From Mobula birostris (Eukaryota), in NCBI RefSeq assembly GCF_030028105.1, contig NC_092379.1, positions 22,359,309 through 22,423,308 of the forward strand: a DNA stretch of 64,000 bases, in the 5' to 3' direction. The position numbers and the translations under genes are program-made. Position 1 is the stretch's first letter; each line of letters opens with the position of its first letter. The notes under the pieces were generated by a model that ran no database searches, had not been told where the DNA came from, and saw only the letters and a list, made by a program, of their open reading frames with translations. Of this stretch, positions 38,323 to 51,500 are shown piece by piece.

Positions 38323-38487
38323 ACACCAGCGCTACTCCGTCCGCTCTGGAGCAGGGGTGGACTTTCAGTGCCAGACACTTCCTGACCGTGAGTTTACAGG
38401 ATTGGAAGTCAGAATCAGTCTTCAGCTGTACAGTGATTCATCCCCCCTCCAACAGCAGTATCAGGAAGCAAGTGAAGAACATCCCAG
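38322..38487 (+). pseudogene. 3' half of a fourth, more diverged CH4-like exon
   Basis: TSATPSALEQGWTFSARHFLTVSLQDWKSESVFSCTVIHPPSNSSIRKQVKNIP, good donor CAG|GTAGGG; 5' half and acceptor replaced by the inverted LINE block. Confidence 0.9.
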
Positions 38488-39094
38488 GTAGGGTCCTGGA
38501 ACTCATCCCATTATTGAAAATGTTTACTTTGTCCTATAAATTGTGCCAGATTTAGGTGAAAACCGAATTGTTGTGCATGGCTCTAATCCAGAAGTCTGAC
38601 CTTAGAGATACTGTACAGTATCACTGAAATAGCCTTCCTAACTTGAGGATAATCCAAACCACTTCACTGAACAGGAACCCAGAAGGCACCTGATACTCTT
38701 CTTCAAAATGGTCTTTCCCTCTGCCTTTGAATGGAATCCCAGCCTCTGATTTGTGCTTCGTTAGTAACAAAATTTGCAACAGAGCATTTCTCTCACTCTC
38801 TCACTCTCTCACCTCTGTGTGCCTCACTCTCTGACACTCTGTCTCTCTGACTCTGCCCCTACATGGGGTAGTCAGCCGGACAGTATGTAAAATACAGCCT
38901 GATCACTCAGCATTCTGATGAAGATGCTGGTGAATTTAGTTACACCCTATGGAGTGAAAAAATGTATTACATGATCTGTGTAAAGATCAAAATATTGCCA
39001 CTGCTTACAATTCGATATGTAGAGGAAAGGTACAGGGAGGTCTTTGACCTGAAATGTTAATACTATCTCCCTCTCCACAGATACAGACTGAAAT

Positions 39095-39215
39095 TTGGTG
39101 GGATATGAGTCGATCACAACCAATCTGTTCGGAAGCATCGATAAATCTCCCAGCAAACCCACCCTGTGTCAATATTTCACGTGTTCTGACTATTTGTTTT
39201 AGATCTTGTGTCTGC
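39095..39215 (+). pseudogene. Remnant of terminal CH6 end plus secretory tailpiece
   Basis: LVGYESITTNLFGSIDKSPSKPTL[+1 nt at 39167]VNISRVLTICFRSCV matches the elasmobranch C-terminal/tailpiece pattern (LVGH..L.RS.NKS..KP..VN(I/V)S.VL.....SC.); TGC where a stop is expected. Confidence 0.75.
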
Positions 39216-39421
39216 CTCTTCATGATTCCATCTATAAAGTAATTGTTTTATTAGTTTGATGATTATTAACTGACCCAGCTCATTGAGAACAAAATTCAAA
39301 GCATATTAATCAAATGGCATGATTCGCCACAAATCTCTGAGCAGCTGGATAACTTTCAGTGCTGTGTGTGATCACACATAGTATTAAATCTATTTACATG
39401 TCAATGTATCAATCCATTTTC

Positions 39422-39427
39422 AATAAA
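39422..39427 (+). terminator. Probable secretory-form polyadenylation signal
   Basis: AATAAA ~200 nt after the tailpiece remnant, followed by GT-rich TGTTTTGGTTGT. Confidence 0.5.
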
Positions 39428-41640
39428 CGTCATGTGAAAATGTTTTGGTTGTAAGTGTCCCTCACTGTTTTTTTTGAGAGACAGTAAGTAAATAACTTGG
39501 GACAGAGAAAGATCATGAAGGATTGCAATATTGGTGTGAGTATTCTAATTGCTCGGTCATTTCGAGATCAAGAAGAGGATAGTGCTTGGTCTTTCTAGGT
39601 GCATGAATGAGGGTAAGTCCTCACTGCCTGGTGGGATATATTCTGGGTTATTGAAAGAAGCAAGGGAGGAGATTCTTGAGGCCTTGACAAAGATCTTTGT
39701 GTCTTCACTTGCAAAATGTGAGGTCCCAGAGGACTAGAGAGTAGCCAATGTTTTTCCTTTGCTCAAGAAGGAAAAGAGAGAAAACCTTGGAAATGATAGG
39801 CCAATGAGCTTCACATCAGTGGTAGTGAAGCAACTGGAGAGGACTCTGACAAATAGGATCCATGTGCATTGGAAAAGCATGTGCAGATTAGGGACAGTCA
39901 GGTGCGGTTTTGTGCAAGCCAGATCATGCCTTACATACAAGACTGAGTTTGTTGAGGGGGCATTGGAGGTGATTGAAAAGGATAGGGTAGTGAACGTTAT
40001 CTACATGGTCATTAGTCATTTGACAAGATCATTCTTAGTAGGCTAATCTGGAGGATCTTAAATGTTACAGAACTACAGTTTGAAACTTGGTAGCTCAGAT
40101 TCAGTCTTGGCTTGCTCAGATGGAAGGGTTGTTCCTCTGGATGGAGGTCCAAGGTCAGTGGTACACAGAACACAGAACAGTACAGCACAGGAAAAGGCCC
40201 TTCAGCCCACAACATTGTGTTCTGCAGAGCTCAGCATTGGAGACTCTGTTGCATATGATGACGGCTTGGGGGAAACTGTAGATGGGTGGGATAGTAAGAC
40301 TGGCGGATGTAGAGGTCAGAGGGTATCGATCAGTTATAGAAATGGCAGATGGAATTTAGGCCAAACAAGTGTGATGTGGTGCATGTTGGGAGGTTAAATT
40401 AAGGGCGACGTAGCCAAATAACAGAAGGGCCCTTAGCAGAGGGATACAGATATTGGAAGGTATGAACTATAATGAGAGGTCAGACAAACTTTGGTTGTTT
40501 TCGCTGGAGCGATGGAAGTCTGAGAAGAGTCCTCATCGACTTTATAAAATAATAATGCGTAAATAAGGTGGACAATGGGAATCTTTTTCCCCCGGGTATT
40601 ACCATGAAACACCGGAGGGCATGCATCTGTGGTGAGGGGAAAGAACATTAAAGGAGACACGCATGGCAAGTTTGGTAAACAGAGTGGAAGGCGCCTCGAA
40701 CAGCTGCCAGTGGTAGTGGCAGAAATATATACAACAGTGGCGTTAACAGGCTGTTAGATAGTTCCTTGAATATGCAGGGTATGGAGTGATATGGGTCATG
40801 TACAGGAAGAAAGCATTTCACTTAATTCAGCATCATGTTTAGTGCAGATGTCATTTGTGGAAGAGCCTGTTCGTATTTTGTATTATTCTTGTTTCTAGGG
40901 AGGTGATGAGCACTCATGGAGAAATAGGTGATTTTGTATCTATAGTGTCCAACTGCTTCCCACACTATACCTGGATCTGCAGTAGATGAATGGACAGAGA
41001 TTGTTAGTCATTAGTCAACAACTAGTGCAATCATTGCTCAACAACTCCATTATCACTGTGGCATGTGACAGAAGATGAATGGATTGGACCATGGTCTTTC
41101 CTAGTCCATGTCACAATTTACTCCAAGCAAACTCCCACACAGTAAATTGCTCATGGCCAGATCATTTGGGTTTTGCTGATAAATGCATGAAAAGATATTT
41201 GATCTGATTACCAAGGGTAACTCTCCTATTGTGCTGTCTAAAGGAAGAGTGAGACAGGAACTGTCAGGTGTTAGGTGGAGTTAAGTACGGGGGGGGTGAG
41301 GTGGTGGGTGTTGATGGGCAGATGAAGCCAGGTAACGTAGGGGGTGGTGGAGATAGGAAGTCATAAAACCATGTCCATAACACATAGGAGCAGGAATAGG
41401 CCATTCAGCCTGTCATGTCTGCTCCACCTTTCCATCATAACTGATTTACTATCCCTCTCAACCCAATTCTCATGCCAACTCTCCACAACCTTTGACGCAC
41501 TTATTAATCAAGAACCTATCAAGCTCCACTTTAAATATACCCATTGACAGACTCCACAGCCAACTGTGGCAATGAACTATGCAGACCCACCACCCTGTGG
41601 CTAAAGAAAAACTTTCTCATCTCTGTTCTAAAGGGATATC

Positions 41641-44600
41641 TGTTGTGTATTTAATATTTCAGTAATATTTGAGTGGTATTGCAAATATATTGTTTGATTA
41701 AGCGTTCTCCACTGCTTACATAATTCATTTCGGATTATGTGTAAAAGTACATGAATGGCATACATCATCATGCCACCATGTCATATATGTGTGGCTTGCT
41801 AAAATAAAAACGGAATACCCATTATCCTTGGCACTCTAGCGTTTTTCTTGTGATTAATTTCTGAAGTTACAAAATATAACAGTAGTCAAATGAAATAGCC
41901 AATGAAAAGTGAGTGCCAGTTTTGCTGAGTGCATTAGGTAGAAAAGCATACAGTTTACTTAGAAGTTTGACTGCTCCAACCAAACCAGACAAAGCCAGCT
42001 TTGCTGATATTGTGAAAATGTAGCAGGAACATTTAGAAGCAAAACACTTTAGGTTTCATAAGTGGAATCAAGAGGAAGGAAAGTCCATTCCAGTGTGCAG
42101 GACTGAACTGAAGAGATTGTTTGAGCATTGACAGTTCAGTGATGAGCTTAATGATGCACTGAGAAATCAGTTAGTTTGTAGACTCTTACCAGAAACATTC
42201 AAGAATGCCTTCTAACAAGCACAACCTACATTTAAAAGAGCTGTTGAAATAGCTGTATCAATGAAATTGAATTGCAGTTAGGAATGAAAGTGAGCGTGAA
42301 TAAAATTACATCTAATAAGAAACCTGCCTGGCTGAACAAATTGTGTAACCATTGTGATAGAGGCTACACACATAAAAGTTGCTGGTGAATGCAGCAGGCC
42401 AGGCAGCATCTCTAGGAAGAGGTGCAGTCGACGTTTCAGGCCGAGACCCTTCGTCAGGACTAACTGAAGGAAGAGTGAGTAAGGGATTTGAAGTTGGAGG
42501 GGGAGGGGGAGATCCAAAATGATAGGAGAAGACAGGAGGCGGAGGGATGGAGGCTCACATACACCAGTCCAACGCAGGTTTAAAGGTGAAACTTGCAGAA
42601 AATGCAACAAAGTAGGACACATACAAAGAGCATGTTGGGCAAACAAAAATAAATGTACTGCATGGGGAAGTGAAAAATATAAAAAGTCACGTTGCAGTTT
42701 CAAAGAGTGCACTGATCTGCATGCTGTCAATGAAAGATTTGATAATGATGAGAGGTTACACCAGACTGAGTAGCCTAATGATTTACAATATGAAAACTAA
42801 CAAGAGACAAATAATGTGGCTTACTCCAGAAGTGAATGGCAAATGAATTAAGGTGGAATTGGACAGTGGCCCCTTTGTTTCTGTAATTCAATGAGTTTGA
42901 AGAGAATTTCAAAGATACTGAACTGAAGCCTGCAGATATCCTTCTAAAAACTTATACTGGAGAAGAGATAACTCCTGTGAGAATGACATTTGTAACAGTG
43001 AAAATACAACAACCATCAAGCTATATTGAGCTTGCATGTGGGAATAACAGGAGGGCCAGCATTGTGGGGCTGCGATTGGCTGAGACAACTGCAATTTGAT
43101 TGGAGATTCATCAACCATTTGCATATCACATCCCTGCAATGGAGTAAACTGAAAGCGCATTGAGAAAGGTACTGGATGATGGCTCAGAAGTGGTCAAGGA
43201 TAAAATAGTGCTAAATGAAGGTGCCACACCCAAGTTTTACAAAGCTCATCCAGTTCCTTATACTATCTCCAATAAGTAGCCAGTGAGCCAGAGAGCATGA
43301 AGATTAAAGAAATTCTTTTCAAGGTTAAATGGAGTCCATGGGCAATGCCAGTGTTCCCAGTCGCCAAAGAATGGGTCCGTCAGGATCTGTGGTGATTTTA
43401 AAGTCACCATCAACCCAGTACAGAAAGTAGATTAATACCCAATGCTCAGGATAGAGGATATCTTTGCAAAGCTTTCTGGAGAGAAACACTGCAGCAAAGT
43501 GGACTTAGCTGAGGCTGACCTACAGATGGAGATGGAAGAAGAGTCCAGAGTGTTTTATTGCTATATTAGGCTTATTGTTGGAGTAGCACCTACACCTGCA
43601 CCCTGGCAGAAAGATATAGATGACACCATCCCAAGAAACATCTCCAAAATCTCAAGACAGTGTTAAATAGATTCAAAGATTGTGGGCACACAGCATGACA
43701 CAACATATGTGGACACAACTTACTGTGGTCACATCATTGATGCTCAAGGCTTACACAAGTGTGCTGAGAAAATTCAAGCAGTGGTGGATGCCCCCAAGGC
43801 CTAAGGACACATCGCAGTTGCGGTCCATTTTAGGATTTGTCGATTACTCTAACAGGTTCCTGCCAAAACTGGCTAATGGGCTCCTCCCTTGAACACATTA
43901 CTACAGATTGGGAATAAATGGCAATGTGCAAAGCAGTGTGAAGTAGCTTTCCAAAAGTTAAAGGAAATGGTGACAGCAGCATTATGATCCACAGCATCCA
44001 GTGAAGCCTGCCTGTGATGCCTTGCCTTATGGTATATCTGCTGTAGTGTCCATATTATGAGTGATGGAAGTGACTGCTCTATAGTCTTTACATCGCGATC
44101 CCATACTGTTGCAGAGAAAAATTACACACAGATTGACAGAGAGCCCTTGAGTCTGGTTTTTGGATGTAAAGTGTTTCATACATGGGAGAGAGTTTATCCT
44201 CATTACTGATTATCAGTCACTGGTGTCCATTTTCAATCCACAGAAGGGTGTTCCACTAAAAGCAGCAGCACAAATGCAGAGATGGGCTCAGTTTCTTGGA
44301 GGTCACAATTACAAGATGGAATTCAAGAGGACAACTAATCATGGAAATTCTGATGGAGTGGCCTGTTGACCCTTGGGAAAGGAAATCCCTGAAAAATTTA
44401 CAGAAGAGGACACTCCTCTTGATGTATTCTCCCAAATGCAAATTGAAAGTCTCCCTATTATGTCAGAGATGATCCAGAGGGAAACCAGAAAAGGCCCCAC
44501 ACATTCATAGGTCTACATGGCCACCCAAAATCACTGGAATGTGCAGCAGAAATCCCAGTTACCCCATTTTTACGAGTGCTAGGATTAACTTGCCCTTGAC

Positions 44601-45338
44601 GGGGTTTGCCTTATGTGGGGATTGAGAATTCAAGCTAAGAGCTAAGGTGTTGGAGAAGCTACATGCTAGTCATACAGGCATTGACAAAATGAAAACATGG
44701 TCTCAAAGCTTTGTCTGTTGGCCTGGGATGGATCAGCATATCGAGCAGCTTACCATGCACTGCTCTGAATGCCAACACATCCCGACAAAAAGTGTTCAGA
44801 ACTGTCAGAACCACTTCCTGCAGTCCCAGAGTCAACTACTACAAGCAACACAGAGGAGGCCCCAGAACACGAGCTTGTTCCACCTGCCAAGCAGAATGAT
44901 CCCCCCCCCCCCCAGTAGAAAGACGTTATCCCACAAGGTTAGGAAATCCTTCACAGTGATTAAATCTTTAGTGCTTAATGGGACAATCTAAAATTTGCTA
45001 TGCTGTGAATGTCTATATAGCAGTGGTATTATAGTGTAGACCATCTACAGTGTGTATAAGTATTGAGATGCTTTCTATATTGAGTTAGGATTTATAACTA
45101 AGCAGGGAGGAGTGTTATGTATCTAATATTTTAGTAATATTATAAATATATTGTTCAATTAAGCATTATTCATTATTTACATAATTCATTACGGGTTACA
45201 TCTAAAACTATGTGATTGGCATACATCATCATGCCACCACATCATATGTACAAGCCTCACTAAAGTAAAAGAAAGTACATGTTACCCTAGCTCCCCCATG
45301 TTTTTATCTATTGATTTCTGGTGCTACAAAAGATAACA
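41641..45338 (+). mobile_element. Old, heavily degraded Gypsy LTR retrotransposon
   Basis: TG..CA LTRs 41641-41881 and 45113-45338 (visibly diverged), TSD ATATC (41636-41640, 45339-45343), PPT AAGCAGGGAGGAG; remnants CRKCNKVGHIQRAC, YPMLRIEDIFAKLSG, FILITD..LVSIF, KLHASHTGIDKMK. Confidence 0.85.
42366..42549. mobile_element. Penelope-like terminal fragment nested in the Gypsy gag
   Basis: Matches ~58380-58565; flanked by GAGGCT on both sides. Confidence 0.7.
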
Positions 45339-48300
45339 ATATCTCTCTGCTCTATGCTCTCTGTCCTTAGACACCCTCACTATAGGAAACATCCTCTCCA
45401 TATCCATTCTATCTAGGCCTTTCAATATTCGATAGGTTTCAATAAGATTCCACTCCCCCCCCTTCCCCATTCTTCTAAACTGCAGGTGAGTACAGGCCAG
45501 GAATGGAGACAGCAAATGGCACAGATTCTGGAAGTTGCAAAATAATGGTCACCAGGAGAACCAGATAAGGGAGGGATGGGTGGGAGAAAGAACATGATGA
45601 CCCAATGGATTGCACGTGGGTGATAAGTAGACAAAAGCAGGTGGCGAAGGGGAAGAGGCTGAGGTTGCGATTGGAAAGAAGATGGATGGTTGAGAAGCTA
45701 GGGAACTCATAAGGAATAAGGAGAGAGAAAGAAATAAAGGGGTTATGGGCTACCCGAAATTTGAAATTTTGATGTTCATATCATTCATTTGTGGACCACT
45801 CAGGCAGAATATGAGTCACTGTTCTTCAAAACAACTGCATCCCCCATCTCATTACCCATTTTTTCACCTCCCCCTTGGTTTCATCTGCCCATCGTACCAC
45901 CTGGATGCACCTGTCAGCTCCTTTCTCACTGCACCTACTCACCTCTTTATATTCTCAATTGCCTCTTTACACTTCTCAGGGTTTTGACCTGAAATGCTGG
46001 CTATCCCTCTGATGCTGCCTGGCCTACCTTCCTGTAGCAGATCATTTCTTCCTCCAGATTTCAGTCTCTTATGCCTCCTTCTTCTAGTTACACTATCTCT
46101 TGGGATGGCTAAGGTCTGCTTGAAAAGCCTCCACTTAAATCCTCATCCGACAACAATACTCAGAGCACTGTGAGCAGTTTCGGGCCCCTTATCGTAGAAA
46201 GTATGTGCTGGCAGTGGAGAGGGTCCAAAAGAGTCAAGTCAAGTCAAGTCAAATTTATTTATAAAGCACATTTAAAAACAACCCATGTTGACCAAAGTGC
46301 TGAACAAACCATAACAGGTAGCTAAAATCACAAATACAAGAAACACAGATATAAGCAACAAGGCACACAACTTATAGGCACAAAATAAACAACACAGGAG
46401 CCTAGGCACAAGCCAAAAATCAGCCACATCAGGAAGATTCAAACGCTAGTGAATAAAAGTAGGTTTTGAGCCTGGAAGAAGCCTCAAAAAGAGGAATAAA
46501 AGGGTTAATGTTTCAGGAGTGTTTGACGACTCTGGGCCTGTGCTCGCTGGAATTTAGAAGAATGAGGGGGAACCTCATTGAAACCTATCAAATATTGAAA
46601 GCCCTAGATAGAGTGGATGTGGAGAGGACATTTCCTATAGTGGAGAAGTCTAGGACCAGAGGGCAGAGCCTCAGAATAGGGGGAGGTCTCTTTAGAACAA
46701 AGACGAGGAGCAATTTCTTTTGCCAGATGGTGGTGAATGTGTGGAATTCAATGCCACCTATGACTGTGGTGGCCATCAATTGGTATACATAAAGCGGAGG
46801 GTGATAGGTTCTTGATTAGTAAGCGCATCAAAAGTTATGGGAGAAGGCAGGAGTATGGGCTTAGAGGGATAATAAGTCAGCCATGATGGAATGACAGATG
46901 GACTGAATGGCCTACTCCTACTCCTGTGTCTTTTAGTCTTATTGGCATCACCTCTAGTGATGGACCTGACCATCAGGACTTCTCTGGAATGTTGGTCTTG
47001 ATTATGAGTGTAAGCTTCTGAAGATAAATTAGGACACACAGTTTCTGACAAAGAGGAGACAGTAATGACTACTGAGTCACACATAATGTCTGTGTCAAAG
47101 TAGGGAATCACTGTTTGAGGGCTCACTGTCCTCAGTCACTTTGCTCTGAACACCAGATGTGCACATGTGAGGCTCTATTCCACTGATGCAGTTAAACATC
47201 TGTCTGTTGGGGTATCTCAACTATGTTTGCAAGAAATGTTACCAAAGACTCTCACAAACTTCTACAGGTGTACCATGAAAATCAGTCTACCTGGTTACAT
47301 CACCGTCTGGTATGAAGGGACCACTGCACAGGATCAGAAAAAGCTGCAGAAAGTTGCAAACTCAGCCTGCTCCATCATGGACAATAGCCTCCCCAGCATC
47401 ATGGGCAGCTCCAAAACTCGATGCCTCAAGATGACAGCATCCATCATTAAGAACCCCCAACATCCAGGGCATGCCCTCGTCTCATTTCTACCATCAAGGA
47501 GGAAGTTCAGGAGCCTGAAGGCACATACTCAGCATTCCAGGAACAGCTTCTTCCCCTCCACTGTCAAATTTCTGAATGGACAATGAACCCAGGAACACTA
47601 TCTTACTATTTTTCTTTCTCTTGTTCCAATTAACTTAATTTAATTTTTTAAATATTTCTTATTGTAATTTAATGGTTTTTAAAACCTATTATATATTGCT
47701 ATGTACTGCTGCAAAACAACAAATGTCACGACATATGGCAGTGATATTAAACCTGATTCTGATTCTGACTGTGATTTGTTTGCATTTAGCTGAAAAACTA
47801 AACCATAACAGTGACTGAGAAAGAGATGCGGGAAATGGGACAAACAATGAAATGAGAACCAGAGAAGAGAGAGAGAAATGGGGAGTGAGTGTGTCAGGGG
47901 GAGCGCAGTGGGATAGACTCTAAGGCTACAGCAGGAAAAATCAGAGGGAGCAAGAAAAGTATAGAGGGACAATACCTAATAATTCACTGTCATCTGTGCC
48001 ATTCATTCAGAACCCATACCAGCACCATCAATTCTTTGAAAGAGCACAGATCTTTTAAAGTTACATCACAGTTCCTGAACCATAGTGGATGTTTTATGGA
48101 GGCAGTGATGATAGTAGAAATGGGAATTACTTTATATCTGTTTCTTGTGAAATTTCTCTTAAAAGACTGCTGCCCATAGTTTCTGTTCAATGAACTGAAA
48201 ACAAATTATTGATCTGGTTCAGAAATTGGCAGGGAGACAGAAGGTGGACAACAGGTAGGGACTCTACCCAATAGGACATGATGATGGCCACCGTCCTGAA

Positions 48301-48416
48301 AAAAAACTCTTATTGCAACCACAAATATTCAAGGAGCTGAATCTTGTCCAAAATCATGGGATACAAAGCCTTTTCTCTGAGTTTGCAACAACAGAAAAGC
48401 AGGTCCCTTTGCAAGA

Positions 48417-48554
48417 CAACAGGAATTCTACAGATGCTGGAAATTCAAGCAACGCACATCAAAGTTGCTGGTGAACGTCTCGGCCTGAAACGTCGACTGT
48501 ACCTCTTCCTAGAGATGCTGCCTGGCCTGCTGCATTCACCAGCAACTTTGATGT
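48417..48554. mobile_element. 138-bp fold-back Penelope-like remnant
   Basis: Internal inverted repeat CATCAAAGTTGCTGGTGAA..TTCACCAGCAACTTTGATG; 14-bp direct repeat GTCCCTTTGCAAGA (48403-48416, 48555-48568). Confidence 0.75.
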
Positions 48555-51500
48555 GTCCCTTTGCAAGAGGTGTGGCAGGGGGGGTTTAAAGTGCAAAGGT
48601 GGCAATTGATGAAATGAATAGGCTACTTCAACCACTTGAGATCTTTGACGCCCCCACCAGCTCCTGTTTTCTTGTGTTTCCTATCATGGGGGAGCTAAGG
48701 ATCAGAGGGCACAGCCCCAGAATAGGACACCCAGAGACGAGGAGAAATTTCTTTCACCAGAGTGTGGTGTATTTGTGGAACTCTTTGCCACAGATAGCTG
48801 TGGAGGGCAAGTCATTTGGGTATATTTAAAAAGGAGGTTAATAGGTTCTTGATTAGTAAGGGCAGCAAAGGTTACAGGGCAAAGGCAGGAGAATGGAGTT
48901 GAGAGGGATAATATATCAGGCATAATTGCATGGCAGAGCCATGATTGATGGGCCAAATGACCTAATTCTGCTCCTGTGCAATACGATGCAAAAGTTTTAG
49001 TCACATATATAGAGCTAGGATGTCTAATACTTTTGCAAAGTACTGTATAGTGGTTAAAATAGAAAGGTGGCTGGGAAATAGAAATAAGACTTAGCTTTGT
49101 ATCAGCTCAGTAGTATTAAATGTTATTTGGTAACTGGAAAGACATAATATATCGTACTGTTCAAAGTACTAGGCACCTTAGCTATGTGCCTAAGACTTTT
49201 GCACAGTACTGCATCTTATGGCCCTATAGTGTTCTTATATTCTCATGACTTGTAGATCTTTAGGTGTGATCTTGTCCCCTGTGGATCCATCAAGCACAGG
49301 ATAAATCACAGGAGACATACGGAGCTCATACTTCCAGGAATGAGGGTGAAAATATCTCTGCCTAAACAATCAAATCTCCATTTTCCAGGCCAACCTTCAG
49401 TTCATTTATATGGGATACACTTCAGTGTCCCAGTACTCAATGAATTTTAACTGGCCGTCGTGGAAAGTGCTGTATATCAGGGTAAATGTTAGGAAGACTG
49501 GCAAGATTAAAGTGTCATGATTGGTATTAAGTGTAATTGGGAATCTAGTTTATTACAGCCTGTTCAGCAAATTCAAATTCTGCCCACAGCATCCACTGGC
49601 TTCCAAAAGGAGGAACAACTTTTCAGAAATAGATGGCACCAGCAAGCAATGTAACCAAGGGCGATATCCTACAGACAGTTCACAAAATTACTTCTATAAC
49701 TTCACTTACATCGTCTTTTTCTTTCAAATGTAGTTCTGGTTCTGTCGGAACCTGTGAGCTACCTTTTGGTGATCTGCAATCTGGTGCTTTGCTGTCTCTG
49801 AGGGAGTTCCGAGAGGCTTCAAGTGAAATGTGCGGCCTCAAAGCCAAGAGGCCTGGAGATGGGCCGTGAGCCATAACCGACTCACTGATCTCCCTAATTA
49901 AAGCACCAGGAAAGATTGAAGTAATCGAGGCGAGTGCAGAAGGCGAGCAGGAGTTCTACCAGCCTCTCACTCGCAGCTGCTGGAGGGAGGTGTGTGAGTG
50001 TGAGGGTCTCCCTCTCCCTCTTGCTTGCTGCTCACAGAGGAAGGACCAATGTTCAAATGGTCTCCCTCTCCCTCATGGTGCTGGAGTTCTGGGTTTTGTG
50101 CAAGGTTTAATTGACACGGTTTGTGGATTGGACTCTAGATGACATTATAATGCCTTTCTGGTTTCAGGTCACTCCTTCTGGTTGCTGTTTTGGGCGATTT
50201 TGAACTGGGGCGGCCTGCAGCTAACAAATACTGAGCTGTGCTGAATAAGCCTGGACTCTTTCGATTTTGTGTTTTATATTCTGTGCTTTTCTGCTCATTT
50301 TTTGGGCGATTTGTGCAATTTCTTTCAGCGAAAGGAGTTTGATGATTTTTTTTCTTTGAACAGGTTCCATGGTTTTTCTTTGTTTCATGGCTGTCTGTGG
50401 GGAAGACAAATCTCAGGGCTGTTTACTGCTTATATGCTTTGATAATAAATGTACTTTGAATCTTTGATTCTACCACGTAAGGGTCCCCCACACTCCTTGA
50501 CCATTTCTTCGTGAGCAATGTTGGTTCTGTGTAACTCAAATCTCTGACCCACTGCTTGACCAGATCCCTTTTCTGGTCTGTCACCTGGTGTCAGCAACTG
50601 GAGGCTCTTGCTGCCGTCCAGGATGCGTGGGGCTTGAGGTAGAGAATGCAGATGCGGAGGTGGGCAAGAGCTATTAAAGATGTTAGGAACCTGTTCTTAA
50701 GATTAGACCTGAGGCAGGTGGGTTCAGTCAACATCAGGAATTCAGTATCCTCAAACTTGGGAGGTCTTTGGTCAAATTCAACACAAATGTTAACACAATT
50801 AAGCACTGCTTCTGGAATAGTTATCAACATTCTCCAACAACTAGGGTATTTGTTCCAGCCCTGTAAGGTTTCTCACCAGGAACGCTGGACATTCAGACAC
50901 TGTCACTACCGCAGGACAGGCTGAACATGGTAGTCTTCAGTACCAGGGCACTGCAGATTGAACCTAACTTCGCAAATTACTGTCCAAATTCTGACCAAAC
51001 TTCATTCATCTATGACTACAGAATGTTGAAAAACTCCATTTCTATATCACATGTTTTTTTTTAATTGGCCACAAAGTTATTCAGAGTTCTGTTGAAAGCA
51101 AGAGAATAGGTTTATTGAAGAAAAGGCCTGGCTGGATAACCCCTCTACACTGAACATCAGCTCAAACTGCAGCCAAAGCAGTTCACTCCTGATATCCCGT
51201 GTTGTAACACAGTGACAGACATGCTGTCCAGTCAGGTGTTGGACAGCAAGGTCAGTCAGTGTGGAGTACCTGTGGAGACGATGGTGCTTCAGAAGACAAT
51301 GATGGTGCAGAGTCTGATTGACCAAGCCATCTGCCGCTTATCCAATGATCCAGGAATAACTCGGAAAAAATACCACTCTTCATAAGTAATCCCCAACCTT
51401 GAGAAAAAGGAGACATCTGCTACTTTATTTCCAATTTCCAGTATCTGCAGTTCTTTTATTTAATTTTCTTTCACTGTAGCTTTCTGAGTGATTAGATCTT

